A DNA stretch of 64,000 nucleotides from Phallusia mammillata (taxonomy: Eukaryota), in contig OZ281499.1 in the NCBI GenBank assembly GCA_965637545.1, positions 10,850,001 to 10,914,000 on the forward strand, read 5' to 3'. A model generated the notes under the pieces. It ran no database searches. It was not told the DNA's origin and worked only from the letters and a program-made list of their open reading frames with translations. Positions within the stretch are counted from its first letter, which is position 1, and each line of letters opens with the position of its first letter. The position numbers and the translations under genes were made by a program. Of the stretch, positions 1 to 14,840 are shown piece after piece.

Positions 1-1381
1 GTGTGACACGATTACGGAAAGACTATATCCGCTCAGAAAACAACATCCTAACTTGGAATGGAATGATTTGATACTAAAAGCTTACAATGAACGAATCTGC
101 CTCTCTGCCACTGGTTATCACAAGTGAGAAAAATATATATATTTCTTGTTTTTGCCTTCATAGGCGTAAGCGACGCATTATGCTTTTCAGGACACCTGGA
201 ATGTTTTCCACTTGGGACTCTGAAACAGGTATAGTCGAAGGCCGCCCTGCTTGCTTTTTTTCATACGGTGCAGCTGTGTCCGAAGTCGAAGTGGACTGCT
301 TGACCGGTGATCACGTGGTGCTTCAAACTGACATTGTGATGGACGTCGGAAGAAGTCTTAACCCTGCCATCGATATTGGACAGGTTTGCAAATTTGCAAA
401 GCTACAAAACTCTGATCTTCGTGTAACATGTCTTTGTTCTGTTGCAGATTGAAGGGGCGTTTGTTCAGGGTTACGGGTTGTTTACCATGGAGGAGCCCTT
501 GCACACCCCTGGTGGTCAGGTTATTACGTCAGGACCCGGTGTGTATAAGATTTCTGGTTTCGGGGATTGCCCGCGGAATTTCAATGTGCACCTTTTAAGA
601 AACTCTGATAATGACCGAGCAATATATTCGTCGAAGGTACAACTATTTAATTTAAAAACAACTTTTTTTGCTTCTTTACCGTGTATTTATCAGATCTAAT
701 CAGAGACTATAAATGAAGTATTTTTATCAATCGATTTTGGATTTGTAAATTGCATTTCAATTAATCTACAGCGATTGTATTTAATTTGTTGTACGGCCAG
801 ATATTTATAATTCGAAAACCTCTCAGCTTAAATGAATTTGTGATATTTGTCCATACAAGATAACCTTCGACCAAGACTATGCCAATATAAACTGGATATC
901 AACATTGCAATGATTAAGAAATCAATAACTGTTTTTTGTTTTATTGGTAAAAAGTATAATAAAACATAAAAAACATGCACGCAACATATCTTGAATTATT
1001 ATGTAACCAAGTTTATTTACCTTGCTTGTCGTTTAAATGTATTAATTGGAATACTGGTAGGCCCGTTATTTTCAGAGACGATGTTTTACAGGGTGTGGGA
1101 GAACCACCACTTTGTCTAGCGTCTTCGGTGTTTTTCGCAATCAAAGACGCGATTCAATTTGCTCGGAAGGAATCGGGATTGTTCGGATGGTTTCGACTCG
1201 ACTCCCCAGCAACGTCCGAATCAATCCGAATGGCATGTGGAGATTGTTTTACAAAACAGGTTTGTTTTCGCAGGTGGGGATGAGTCGTGTTAAAGTTTTA
1301 AAAATCCTTTTACTTCAGCATGAACATCACATTGACCCAAAAGTAGAAAAGGACCTGAAACCATGGAGCATTCGAGCCTGA
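1..1381 (+). CDS. XDH-like: 3' end of an XDH/AOX-family molybdo-flavoenzyme gene, class A copy 1 (5' part is outside the window)
   Basis: GT-AG exons 1-123, 191-383, 448-636, 1092-1259 and 1319-1381 splice in frame. They encode [17 protein letters not shown]...[32 protein letters not shown] (catalytic Glu1261 equivalent) and the C-terminus KPWSIRA*. Exon sequences match A3/A4 rather than B2/B5. Confidence 0.93.
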
Positions 1382-1739
1382 TGACCAGTGTAATTTTTTC
1401 ATTGTGCAAATAACATTTTTGCTAGTATGCTTGTACGTAACTTTGTAATCATCAATATGTTGTCCTATGGGTTTTTTGTTTTTATTCCAATTATATATAT
1501 ATACATACTCATATAGGCCTATATCAGCACACTTGTAAAATATAAATAAAATACGTACCGTTTGCGGCATCAAAATATGTGTACATTCCTAATGACTACC
1601 CAAATACGTTTTGGAAATCGCGTTTCATGCATTTTTGCCTCTGTAAAGAATTGTAGAAACTTTGCCATAGTTACGGCCGACCAATCGTCAAATTGATCTA
1701 TATTTTTTGTGCGTTTTAATCGAAAATTAGTGTTTAAAT

Positions 1740-1956
1740 CAGTGGTTCTCAAACTCGGTTTTCGGGGCTGCATGCGGCTCCAAACTACTTATTTTGCGGC
1801 TCGCTCCAGACCTCAGAAAACAACCAAACATTGCTATTTTAGCTTTCAAAGTCATAATCTTTAGTGATTTTCTTAAGGTTTCGTTTTTTTTGCGGCTCCC
1901 TACACACTTAAAAAATACAATTTGACCCCGACAATAAAAAAGTTTGAGAACCATTG
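1740..1956. mobile_element. hAT-type MITE
   Basis: TIR cagtggttctcaaact / agtttgagaaccattg, flanked by an 8-bp TSD gtttaaat / gtttaaaa. Confidence 0.85.
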
Positions 1957-3603
1957 GTTTAAAACTTTAAATGGTATATGATGCTCTTTTCTGATTGTTT
2001 CGTGTGATTGTATGTGTTGTAACGAATTGATGAAATCACGTCAGCTTAATACATACCCTATTTAAAAATAAGTAAAAGCAATACTGTATATATTTTCAAA
2101 CTTGAATCTCCCAGTTCGTTGCTTGATGGATAAAGACTATAATGAACCTTATGCTTGTTGATTCAAGTTTGTAAAAAACATTAAGTAAAACATTTATTAA
2201 TTCTTAAGAATTTAAGATAAGTATATTTCACTTTTTACAATATCATCGGTATCTATAAGCAAGCATAAAGACATCATATTGGTGAAAACAGTATACACAT
2301 AAAACGAGAAGATAATAGCAACCGAAGCTTATTTGATTAATAAAATCTAAAGAAAACGCATGGTCCTCGCAGAAAAAGCACGGTTGTGGGAAGGTATTGT
2401 TTGTGAGGTTTTGAAAATAGTGTGTCAGCCATACAGCACCTCCGCCCTGTAAGCTGTAGACGCCCTGCTGTGGGCGCAAGACTATAGCCCTTTCATCAGA
2501 AGCACAAATATGCAAAGGTGCAAAGGAATTTGTCTCGGCGCCAGTGCTGGTTAAAACAATTATAGTTGTGTTGAAAGATTTGTCACAGACATTGTTTTCT
2601 TTTCATTTTCCAAATATAAAGACATTTTTTTGAAAAAAAATTTTGCTTAATGCGGAAAAACTTGTCGTCAAAATTTGGTAAAGCTTGAAAGCAAATTTTA
2701 CAATTGACACATTAATCGTTAGGCATGCATGTGTGCAAGTTTTACGGATTTTACTTCAACACACTTTTCATTGATGACAAAGTATTGACAAATGGTCGTA
2801 AGAACTGTGACACTTTTAATACTAGGCAACAATGCAATGGCAGCTTACCGCAAGCCTTGTTTTATGGATTGCCGGATTAACTGAGGTATAATTTATATTG
2901 TGCAATTATTTCAGGTATTTTAAACTCCCAAATACCGACTATCAGATATTTGTAGTCATGTACCACGAAGGACATTGCACGTATTATTTCCTATCTATTT
3001 ATCTGACGTAAAAAGATTAAAGCATTTTAAAGATACTTTGTATCATATTGAGAATTTATTACACTCATATATAATTCGCGAAGCAAATGCAAGCAGTTAA
3101 AAAGCGTTAGTATACTGACAAGCATCACACTTTGCAATTGGAATATGACAACCCAACCTAAATTCGCTGTAGCAATTTAAATGGGCCGTTTACTTTCAGA
3201 TATTTAAAGCAATTTTGCCCAGGTGTCTTTTGTGGAGCGTGAAATGTAGCAGTGAACATAAAACTGTTTTATTAAATGAGTTATAGACGAACAATAAAAC
3301 ATAGCACTTTATGCGACAGGTTTTTTCGAAATATAGTTGCGGTGGGGTATACGGAAATTAGCAAGATTTGGCACTAAAACACCGTACGTCTAAACAGATC
3401 AAACGAGTCTAGGCTCAAATGCTACTTCAAACGTGCATTTTAAAAAAACGTGGCAATAAAATGCAACAATCTTTAAAAAAAATGGTCCAACAGCAGCATA
3501 ACACAACAACATTTGACAGCGAAGTAAACACTGATTTAAAACGAGAAAACAACGTGGACGACAAAAATTAGTGATGGTAATGTTTTAAATTGCTGCTTTG
3601 ATA

Positions 3604-3812
3604 CAGAATTGTATATGCGGGCTTGAAATTGCGGGCCGAACCCGATCGTACCAGTCCCAAATCCGGCACGAACTAGAAGTTTTTAAAGCACGATGCAGGC
3701 ACGAAAGGTGATGAAATTGCGGGAAAAACAATGTAGCGTATTGAGCCAGGTCGGAAATAAAACCAGTTTTGTTGAAGCTCAAACCTGAACCCGACCGACA
3801 GTTCCACGACAT
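3604..3812. mobile_element. Decayed MITE, probably related to the element at 59885-60214
   Basis: Starts cagaattgta..cgggc and contains aacccgaccg motifs. It is absent from the homologous right-arm sequence near 52700. Confidence 0.4.
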
Positions 3813-3967
3813 AACAGCTAATACCGATTTAATGATACAAAATTTACAAAATGTACAATCACACCACATTTACAATGCATGTAAGGTTCATTTCTTAAAT
3901 TTGTTTTATCAAAAATTTGCTGCTTCGAAAATGACATGCGGTGTAAATGTTTAAGACTTCGTGATGT

Positions 3968-6900
3968 TCAAGCTGTGACTGACCAAGGAGTCAAATTCCT
4001 TTCTTCTTTTTCGTCGGCATGATGTTTATGCTGAATTTCCACAACATAGGTTATTTTCAAATTGCGAAATTAAACTTTACCAAAAGTAAGAGTTCGGATT
4101 TACTGAAACATTAACGCTACCAAAGAATTTGCAAGAAAAAAATCGTTTGTCCGAGGTTTAGTTACCTTGGTAAACCGAAGGAAAGCTTATGTTATCTGAT
4201 AGATTCACCTGCTTAATAAAGTTGTCTCCGCATGCCATTCGAATACGTTCAGCGGTAGCTGGAGCGTCCATTCGGAATGGTCCAAATATCCCCGAATCAT
4301 TTCGTGCACTTCCGACCGCCGACTTAATAGCATAGAGCACGGAAGCAGACAAGAAGAACGGCGGTTCCCCAATTCCCTTTAAAAATCCAAATATTAGAAG
4401 CAAATGAAGTAGAAAGTGAAACAGTTGTTTTGAACCTTGGATGAATAAATAGCTTTGTCGTTCTCCGAATTACGCAGCAAGTGAACATTGAACTGGCGAG
4501 GGCAATCACCGAAACCGGGAATCTTGTAAGCACCTGGGCCAACTGTTAGAAGATGGCCGCTAGGGGCGTGCAAGGGTTCCTCCATCGTAAACATTCCGTA
4601 ACCCTGAACAAATCCGCCTTCAATCTGCAAGAATAAAACCTATTAAACCTAATGTCGTTTCGACGACGATCTTGTATTACCTGTATGATATTACATCAGT
4701 CACTAGCTAAGTTTTGAATTAGTGACGTCCTGACAAATGGTATTCGGCATGACAAAACATAGGTGTTTTGTTAATACGTAGTATGGTGGAATGTAACAAG
4801 CTCATAACCTGTCCAATATCGATAGCAGGGTTAAGACTTCTTCCTACGTCCATCACAATATCAGTTTGAAGCACCACGTGATCACCGGTCAAACAGTCCA
4901 CCTCGACTTCGGACACAGCTGCACCGTAAGTGTAGTAGTTTGCTATTCGACCTTCGATTTTACCTTTGGCCAAATCCCATTTGCTGTTCATATTCGGAAC
5001 TCTAAAATATCGTGTTTTTTACAAATTATCCAACTAATCCAAATCTTAGTTTACATATATGTTTTTATTCAAGTTTGGTGGAGCGTCTTGTAAACTCATG
5101 TATAACTAGCTGGATTTTTCCCTTAATGATTCACTTAAAACACAAGTACAATATATTGATCTGATACACGTCGGGTAACTTGTAAGTTGTTGACAATTTA
5201 TGTTACAGATTTCGTAGTGCAATCACTTTTCCTCTTTTATCAGGTAAGGTCCTGTTAATTTTTACTTGTAATATCCTGTAGCAGAAAGGCTTATACGATT
5301 CATAAATGCCTTCACAACCAAATCTTTCCATTCCAAGGTGGGATATTCCTTCCTCAATGGAGCAAGTCGTTCAGATATTTTGTCACAGGCTGCCTACAAC
5401 AAAATTTTTGTTAATATTTCTGCAGCTAAACGTGGAATATTGGAATTTAACAGACATGAACTACATGATTTACCTTCACAGCTCCACCATTAATGTCAGA
5501 ACTGATGCTGGCAACTGTTGCAATGGTGTTTGGGACTGTATTGGTGCTTGTTTCTGAGATGTGTATAAGATCAACTGGAATCTCCAGACAACGACCGGCG
5601 ATCTGAATTAAAAAATAATCAAGATTTTTTTTTCTGACAGCTAAGAACAAACAAACTTAAGACTCAAATTTTCCAACCTGTATCATCTTTGTGTGCAATC
5701 CTTGGCCCATCTCGGTTCCACCGTGGGTTAAAGAAACTGAACCGTCAGTGTAAATGTTCACGAGCGCCCCCGCCTGGCAGCGAAACTCTGGAAATCCGAC
5801 AGCAAATTTGGTTGGAACACAGGATATTCCACGTTTCTTCCATCTAAAGACAACTTTTTGCTAATGTGCGTTGTTTAATAATCACAGTTTTTTGATGTTG
5901 TTTGGAGTCGGTGAGTTCGAATCTTAGCAACAGCAAGTTTTGAACAACTTTTTCCGTAAACCACAGTCGACAATATCACCTGTTTTTCGTGTTGTAAAGG
6001 TCTACCGCTTCTTTTCTTTTGTGGAAATTTGATTTTTCGATGCAGTCATCCCAACATCGTCTCGCTGTACAGGGGTCGAGGCTTTGACCGTAGTGTGTAA
6101 ATTCCCCCATTTCCTTGTACATGTTCATCTCACGAATCTTAAGTGCAAAAAAATCTAACTGTGTAAATTTATAAACCGCACCAAACTAGATACCACTTCG
6201 GTGCAAACTGTTTAAAAACTGCAAGTCAGACCGGCTTCACTCGATTTTACCTTCTCTGGCATGACCCCGAGATGTTCAGCAACTTTCGTGATCCAAGATT
6301 CTGTAATAAACATCGACTGTGGGCCACCGAAGCCCCTGAAAGCTGTACTGGATGCAATGTTGGTGCGGCAAGCGGTCCCTCGAACGTGTATGTTAGGTAT
6401 ACTAAAAACACAATTAAAAATATTGGAAAAACTATATTAGACAGGAAAACCAAACTGTGTAGAAGCGCTCTAGGATTATTTAACAACGTAATACACCTGT
6501 AACAGTTGTCAAAATGGATTGTGGATTTTGATAATACTGCCATCGAATAGTCGATAGTGTGACCAGCATTGCTGTACAACTCAGCCTTCAAAGCCTTCAC
6601 TTTTCCGTCATTCATAAATCCAACCTGTGCAAATAAATGCATTCACAGATGATTACCATGTAGTTGCAATGTACAACATCTAAGAAGGTGTGTTCTTTAT
6701 CACATGTGTTAAATAAGAAATAGACAACATTCGCCTTTAAGGCAATATGTGGAACATTAACGACACCTTATCTTACATAAAGGACAGTTACTTTCCTTGT
6801 ATTTGGCGTAAAATGGATGTCGACCTCCCGTCATTATCATGTCATCCTTGCGGGAAAGCATACATCGAACTGGTCGGCGACATCTACGAAGCAAACATGC

Positions 6901-9900
6901 AGGGAGGTTAACAAATAGAGTTGAGGTTTAGTCTGTTGTAGATTAAGGCCAAATCGGTAAAAATTTCCAATTTACTTGTGTGCTGCAATGGCCACTGGAT
7001 TACTGACCAACCAAAATCGACTTTCCTTGCCTCCGAATCCGCCTCCCATTCTTTTCATTCTGATAACAACCTTGTTTCGCTGAACGCCGAGATTTCTAGC
7101 AACCTTAAGTCATTTGTAAGCGTTTGTTATATTTGATGTATGTTTCGCTATATGTGCATCCATTAAATTAATGTTAAAGGATGAAAGTGACCATATTTTT
7201 AAAAATGGTTTGATTTAAGTAAATTAAATTGCAAACACGCGCTAAACCTTTTGCAGGTAACAGGATAAATTTCAATTTGGAATAAAATGTTTTAAACTTC
7301 AAACTCAGAGCACATTGGTGGAATTATTTGTGGATATGTTGGCATTATGTTAACGAATGTGGTTTATAAACCAACCTGACTCTGTAAGGTAGTTGGATCT
7401 TGACTTGAAGAGTAAATTTCCATCTCATCATCTTCTAGTTTTGGAACAGCAAGACACACTTGCGTTTCCATGTAAAAGTGCTCCTGACCAGCGGTTCTAT
7501 AACAAAAAAACACAAGACGTGGTTTTACACTGCCGCAAAAGTAATATCTTGATACATTCACAACTCTCAATTTGTGTCCAGCAGCTCAACTTGCTTATTA
7601 ACTCAAGTTTTTTTTTCAATTGTCCGCTGACATATTTTACGCCAATATACCTGACATCCCCTTCAATCACGTGATCGCACTCTTCCATCGCTTTGTCGGG
7701 ATCACCACGAATAATTTGTTTGCTCGGATCCAAGAAAGATTTTTGTTTAATCGCATCCTAACATTTAAAGATAAGATTAAATATCAACTTTATGCAGTCA
7801 ATTTTGTTCAACATGTGTCAAATAAATATATTTTCACACGGCTTAACGTTGCATATATTGGCTTTTTTGTTTTCAGTTACCTCAATTGTGACAATAATAG
7901 GTAAAATATCTTCGTATTCGATTCGCACCAACTGAGCAGCTCTTTGTGCATGTGCTTGAGTGTCAGCGATAATAGCACCGATGGTGTGTCCCACACAAGT
8001 AACCTGCAACATTTGTTAGTTGATTTACCAGACCTCACAATAAATAGTTTTTTTGTGTGCGAGGCTGACGATATCCGCAACGAGAAGTAGCTCCCCAAAA
8101 CTGTTTTGATCAAACCACATTCTATTGCTTTGACCTAATTGGAGACAGTAAAAATGTGACTCTATTGCTATTAGAGTGATAATAACCAATACATTTTACA
8201 ACACAAAGCCTTTGCTTGGTTTAATAAACAATTCTAAGTACCAAAAAATATTAGAATTTGGTCAAAAGGCCTAAAACCGAGGCGCCTTACAAATATGTAC
8301 CAGTTATTTTAAGCCATTTAAATGTGTAAATTTTTTTGTGTAAAGCTTGTTTTTCACCTTGTCCACTGCAAAAACCCGATCGTCATCATCAATTACTCTA
8401 ACATTGTTCGAACCCGGCACGTCACGATGATTGACGTACGTCACAAAACCCGGTGAAGTCATAGCTTTACTGATGTCAACGTTGCGTACGTAGGCGTGCG
8501 CTCGAGTACTCGTTACAAAACATAGATAAAGCTCATCTGGAAATCAAATAGTTTTTAATTGCATACATTGGTTTTCAAAAAGGTGTGTATTGTTTGTTAC
8601 ATAATTTTAAAAACAGTTTACTATTTCTAAAATGTAGCATAGAATAGAGGTTGGATAAAAGTTTTGATTGTTCTTTTTGGGGGCAAAATCTTGAGCGATT
8701 TTTGGAATTAGTTAATGTTTTGTCTGTCCTAACTGACACAACTTGTACTTTTCAAACTATCACTCCATTTGAGCAAATATTTCGGTCGGGCACGAAGTAT
8801 AAGTTTTAAGACTTGGTAACGTGCATCTATAAAGTTGGCTGCGTAAACACTTTTGCATGAAGAAAAAACGAAGAGGTTGATCAGATTGCAGTCCTACAAT
8901 TTTACTTACCTTTATACACTGGCATGTCATCTATGTAAACAGCTTCGCCAGTTGTGTGTTTTTCTCCAGATACATGTTTCACTGGTCGCCCAACTAGGTC
9001 TTCTAATGCTTGATTCGAGTGAGTCTAATATGCAGTAAAAATATTACTCTCGAACTAAAAAGTACGAAAAAATAGTTAATATTTACCCCTTGCCAGGTCT
9101 GCGTTCCAAACTCGTAGTGTTGTGAAAAGTCATCCAAAGCACTCATTTCTTCTGGTTTGATATTTTCCTTTCAACATCATAACGAATGTTATGATATCAC
9201 ATGGTATCTTCACACACAAAAAGTTACCTTGATTATTCCTTTTTCGATCAGACAATTCTTTACGTATAGGTAGAACTTAAAGAAAAAGCTTGCTGCAAGA
9301 GCTTCCCTGTATTCCACCATTCCTCCTGGAGCATCCAGACTCAGTGGAAAGTCCTCCCTTATCCATTGCATGTAGTTTTGGACCAAATCTTCCGTCCACT
9401 CTCTGTTAATTAGAAATTGCAAATGTCATCATATATTTAAAACTATCATGTTGTTGCTTCACCTTCCAATCATATTTTGAATGGTCTTTTCTGGCATAAC
9501 TGAAGTAGCAGCCATTCCACCAAATGCGGCTACAAATTTGAGCACTTTGCAAGTTCCTGGATGAAAGACGACTCGCATGGCTGCATTCACGATAGCAATA
9601 TCGTCTTCTCGACGTTTGGATTGCTTGTAAGCTTTCATGTACTCGTCCTAAATAACAACAGTGTATACCTCAAAATGTCACAACCATTATGTAGCACAAA
9701 TGTGTTTTACCTTTGTATTAAATGGAAGATAAACAGAAATGAGAACTTCGCCCTTCTCTGCACATGTCGTCCTGTATTTGGGGAAGAAACTTTGATCCAT
9801 CAAAACCTGTCGATCTTTAGCACGAGAATGTAATCTGAACGTAGCAATACTTTCGTTTGCCATAAGGATTGGATTGAGATCAGAGATGGGACTTGCTGTC

Positions 9901-12420
9901 ATTATGTTGCCCCCAATCGCCTGTGGAACAACATTGATAAATTCCACATTGTGTTGAGTCAATACAACTTAAAGAACTTACTGCAACATTTCGGATTTGA
10001 TCCCCTGCAAACCAATGAAGCATATCGAGAAACGCGCGCATCCATTGTGTGCGAAACGTTTCAGTGGTTTGTATGATATCCTGAAATTGCTCCTTGATGC
10101 TTGTCAAAGTGCAAGCTGACCCGATAATCAGACCTGACAAAATATATCTAAATTGCAAATCGCATTGTTTAAAATGCATGCAACTTAGTTGAAATCTTGC
10201 TCGAATTGTGAAGGTTGTAATATATTATTGCCGTATAGGTGCAGTTTTAATTTGAACTTTTATGAACTCATGTCAAACCCTGACCTTCATCAGTGTTTGA
10301 TGTTGTAACAAGTTCCTTAAGACAAGTAGGAGAAATGATAACAGGAAACATTCGTCCTTTCACGTTGCATTCAACCCCGATCTCAGTGTTTCCATTTACC
10401 AACTGAGCTTCTGGGTAAATTGACTTCAGTTCAATCAGCTGATCTAGTGACGTAGGACGAAACCACGTGACCCGTTCCCCGACGAACTTTAGTGTTTGGT
10501 GCTGTTCAGATCTGCTTTTGATCTTAAATGCAATGGTAAACACATTTTTTATTATCATCGTTTGTTTGCGATTACCAACAACGGTAATTCTACCAAATGG
10601 TTAAGTAAACAACTATATTTTCCGTATCTATAGTCAATCAATACAAACCGTTTGGGCATACTGTTTAGCGTGAAACGAAATGATTCTATTTATGGAGCAA
10701 TAACGTGGTTTACTTTATTCCATACATAATAATGAAATAAAAAAGAAACCTACCATAAGTTGAGGGGGAAATATTATTTCTTGTGACGGATCGTATTTTC
10801 CAAAGCACACGTTCAAGGCCGAGTGAGGATCATCTACAGCATTTATTACTAGACATAACATGCAGAGAGTTAAACCCATTGTTGCTTTGTTATCCAATGC
10901 CGCAAAGCTTTTGTGGGTTCTACACTGAGTGGATTGAAAATACAAACACGGTTAACGGGATTTTCAAGCACGAGTTTCGATTATAATATTTCAAAACATC
11001 CACTGATAGATGTCCGCAAGCGAAACAGCTTGGTGTGTGACTAAAGTTTACCTGTTAATAACGTTTTCCAGATTTTGTTACGTGGGTTTATAAAGCTTTG
11101 AATATTTGCAAAATAAAGAACTATGAATACAACAAAATTTTTACAGTAATCGTAAATGTTAGTAATTAACAAAGACACGAGATATGTTCGTTAGTAAGAC
11201 TATTGAAATACCTCCATTCTGCTTGCAGCAATTCGCTCCCATAGGACAGCCAGAACCAGACTCCGAAAAAGTACTGAAGGCTGTATTAATAGGCATAAGA
11301 AATATTTTTCCCTGTATTACGTTCAATATATAACAAGTAACATTACTACATGATTTACCACTTAAAATCGGTCTGTATCCGGTGCACCGACAAAGATTTC
11401 CTTGCAAACATCCTTCGATATCCTCAGCTCTTGGCACTGATTTGTTACGTAACAATGCGTACATTGACATCACAATACCGGGAGTACAAAAACCACATTG
11501 AGATCCGTGAAATTTAGAAAGGCGCTCCTGCAAAAATGTGAAGAAATCTTAACATGTACAACAAAACGTTGTATTTGACTCAATTAAAAATACTGAACCT
11601 GCACTGCATGTAACTTGGTCTTGGTGCTGCCGATTCCCTCTACTGTAGTAACAGCACAACCATGTACTGAAACCACTGGAGCTAAACACGCGTTTGCCGA
11701 ATAATGTCTAACAAAGGTAGCAATAAAATGCTTTGTCATGTATCTATACAATATCTTATAATATTCACTGACATGATTTTGCTGTTGATGTGATCCCACT
11801 TCGAGATCATAACAGTGCATGCTCCACATCCTCCTTCCCCACATCCCAACTTGGATCCCGTAAGACGCACTGCAATAACAAACAGGAGATTTCATACGTT
11901 TGTTAAACAAATTATAATTTTGTTAATTTATGGCCCTCGAAAGTGCTGCAGACAGTTTATTGATGTCGTAGGAATCTGCAAGGCAAAGTTACACTAAATT
12001 GTAGTGGTAAAATCGTTCTCAGTAGGTTTCTGTTATTTATGTTAGTTGAAAACCTATGGTACATAAACTTACATTCTCGCCTGAGATAGGTCAAAAGCGT
12101 AGTTTCTGGGTCTGCATGATATTCCACAACCTGTTAATGCAGTAAACATCGATGACTAATCTTAAGTAACTCAAATGCAAGGTTCGCAAACTCACAGCGC
12201 ACGTTTCAAAATATTTAACTTACAAATGACAATTTACAGCGCACGTTTAAATATTTCAGACATCGACTGTTACAAGCTTCCACATACATAAAAACAACAA
12301 AAACATTCACATAGACATAACCTTTTCGCCATTAACATAAAATTCCAACACATCAGTGCTTTTCTTCGTCCATTGTGTTTTGTCGCTATCTACTTCGCCG
12401 TGGCAGTTAAGAATCACCAT
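3968..12420 (-). CDS. XDH-like: XDH/AOX-family molybdo-flavoenzyme, class B copy (about 30 coding exons, apparently intact)
   Basis: ATG at 12420 ([33 protein letters not shown]). 2Fe-2S motifs [10 protein letters not shown] and [17 protein letters not shown]; FAD domain [27 protein letters not shown]; Moco domain [44 protein letters not shown]; stop TGA at 3968-3970. No frameshift found by eye, provided the GA donor at 6795 is used. Confidence 0.92.
6625..6795 (-). other. Putative non-canonical GA-AG intron in B2
   Basis: Exon ends KYK (AAG) followed by GAAAGTAAC; the next exon begins VGF after tttgcacag. Retention hits an in-frame TAA, and the GT at +5 shifts the frame. Confidence 0.75.
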
Positions 12421-14542
12421 TTTCTCTCACCACTATCAAAATGTATTTACAGTTATTGGTGGAAAACTAAACTGTGGCAAAATAAATTAATATCGTGTTT
12501 TATTTATATGTGCAGAGTGATCTTTAAATTTATCACATATTAATTGTATCGAAACTCAAAGCCTAAATTTTATTGGGTTTGTATTGTCACTGGCTAAATT
12601 GTACTGATGAGAAATGTACAAACAATGTTTGCAATCCTCTGTAACGGTGCAATGACACAAGACCTAGTAATAACACAATATAAAAAACCGAGTATATTAA
12701 GTTAACCAGTGAAGTTATTATAATAAGTTCAACGACCAATTAACATTCAACGACTTAAGACAGCAGATAATTATTAACTTTAAATGACAACCCCTAAAAG
12801 ACGTGAGTTTAATGCGGAAGCTTTTTATTACCCAACTTCTACATCTTTGCACACACGGTGCAAACTTTTGCTTAAATGCGAGTCTCTAAATAAGACTGCG
12901 AAGAAACTCAATTGCCGCCGACCCTTCTTCGCAAACGTCTTTAAGAAACGCGCTGTTCGTGGAATGTGCACTGGAAAAACCGTACCGCAGATATACTGCA
13001 CGCCACTTGTGCAACCCTTGTGTAAAGTTTACTTGTGCATTTCGCTCCACAGATTCGTTTGAACATTTCTAGATGTTTTTAGCGGAGCTACTAATCCTGA
13101 TTTAGATTTCTGCAGCAAATATATCGAAAATTTTATTTTCAATACATTTTAAATACTAAGAAATCAGGTCACTTAATTTGGTGCTGTTTGGCACTTCTTA
13201 ACGCAATGCATTGTTGTCTATATTTTTTCTCCATCTTGCAAAATGCTTGTAGATGTTCGGTCTAACTTGTCAAGTCGTCAGCAACAAAATCTTTAAGATT
13301 TCAAGATTTTTTTGTCTTAAAAACTTCTTCATGTCTTAAAGCGAGTCTTAAAGCTATGCCTTATTAACCACGAAGAACTTGTTTCGCAAACTTAAAGCAT
13401 GACTAAAATCGAACCATTTCGGGTGAAACAAGTTCTGCTGCGACTGTAGAAGCGAAAGGTTTGATTTTGGAAAAAAAAAACTAAATAAAGTTTCAACAAT
13501 AGGCTAAAGTTGATATCATGTAAACATTAAGTAGCTAATGCGCATAAAATGTAATGCGTTTGTCACATAAAAATATGTGGAAAATAACAATTATGACAAA
13601 TAATATTTTGTACAAATTTTGCAGGCTTGCATGTTATGTTGCAAAGATCGTAAATCGCTAAGGGTTGAATGTCGTCATAACTTATAACAAAGTTAGGCAA
13701 ACCCATACCAAAACTCGATCAAAACGTTGTTGTTATATTTACTGACTTTCATCAATTTATGAATAAAAATATCGTTTACTGTGTCTAAACTTCACTCATA
13801 GACGAAAACTAAACCATGCAAAACTGAAATCCTAATTATAAACAGAACACAATAAGTTGATTTTTAAGAAGATCAAATGTCCTTCAACATTTTTGATTAT
13901 TTAGTAAGCACGCAATTCAAACAAAATGTGCTATGGTGCGCTTGCATAAGCAAAACGCAGATAGCTAACAATTGGCCATACGGGTCGTGTGTTTATGTTT
14001 CGTCGTGACGCACTGCATGGGCAGGCCTCTGCACTCGTTTCCTTTACACATCACCCTATAGCGCACGTTTGTGTGAAATGTTGAAACATTTGTAATGTAC
14101 AGCACGGTTTGATATAGAATCTTTTGCAGAAAAAACGTAAAAGCGTATTTAAGTATTTCCAAAACTACGAAGCATTGTAATTATCTGTTTAGATGTAGAA
14201 TAATTTGTACACAATAAATATATATTTTATTGCATTATGCTCTGAGAACTTACGAGGTTGAAACGTTTACAATGTAGAAATATTGCGCTGTGCATGTTGC
14301 ATTCGAGGTACAAAATTACACTTTGCATCATATGCTGCACGTTTGCTTGTACCTACTATAAAGCGAAAAACATTCGACAGCAAATTCCTAAGATATTGCT
14401 CAGCTTGAAAACTTCCAAGCTAATCGAGGTCAGCTCCGCTTCACTGGGCATGACTAACCATGTTTGTCACCAAGAAAAACAATGTAAAGCAAACCAGGCA
14501 AATTTCAACAAGATCTGTGGCGACTCAATCACCACCACAGAT

Positions 14543-14840
14543 TAGGGCGACCATGTCTGAATGGACTAAATATCTGATACCGAAAACCTTTCTCGAAGCC
14601 AAACCGTTGTGTATCAAATATCGCACATCAGGGTAAATCGCTTTAAATATCCTTTTTTGCCAAAATAACAAACCAAGCAATCGGTGTTGATTATATTGAC
14701 GTGCTGAGATATATATTTTTTTACACCTATTAGAAAACCAATTTGCCAACTTGTTATCTATACTAGATGCTAAAATTCTGGACATTAGGGGTGTTTTAAA
14801 AAATATTTCCGGACATTGAATTTCCTACACCATAACCCTA
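14543..14840. mobile_element. Possible decayed MITE
   Basis: Begins tagggcgaccatgtc, ends acccta and has subterminal ggaca motifs. The terminal inverted match is only 5 bp. Confidence 0.25.

Noticed and set aside
2455-2505. Minus-strand CTGATGA followed by a gggc/gccc stem
   Set aside because: No GAAA after the stem, so the hammerhead core is incomplete.
12700-13375. Possible Harbinger-like MITE with ttaagac/gtcttaa motifs
   Set aside because: Termini and TSD could not be defined; left unannotated.
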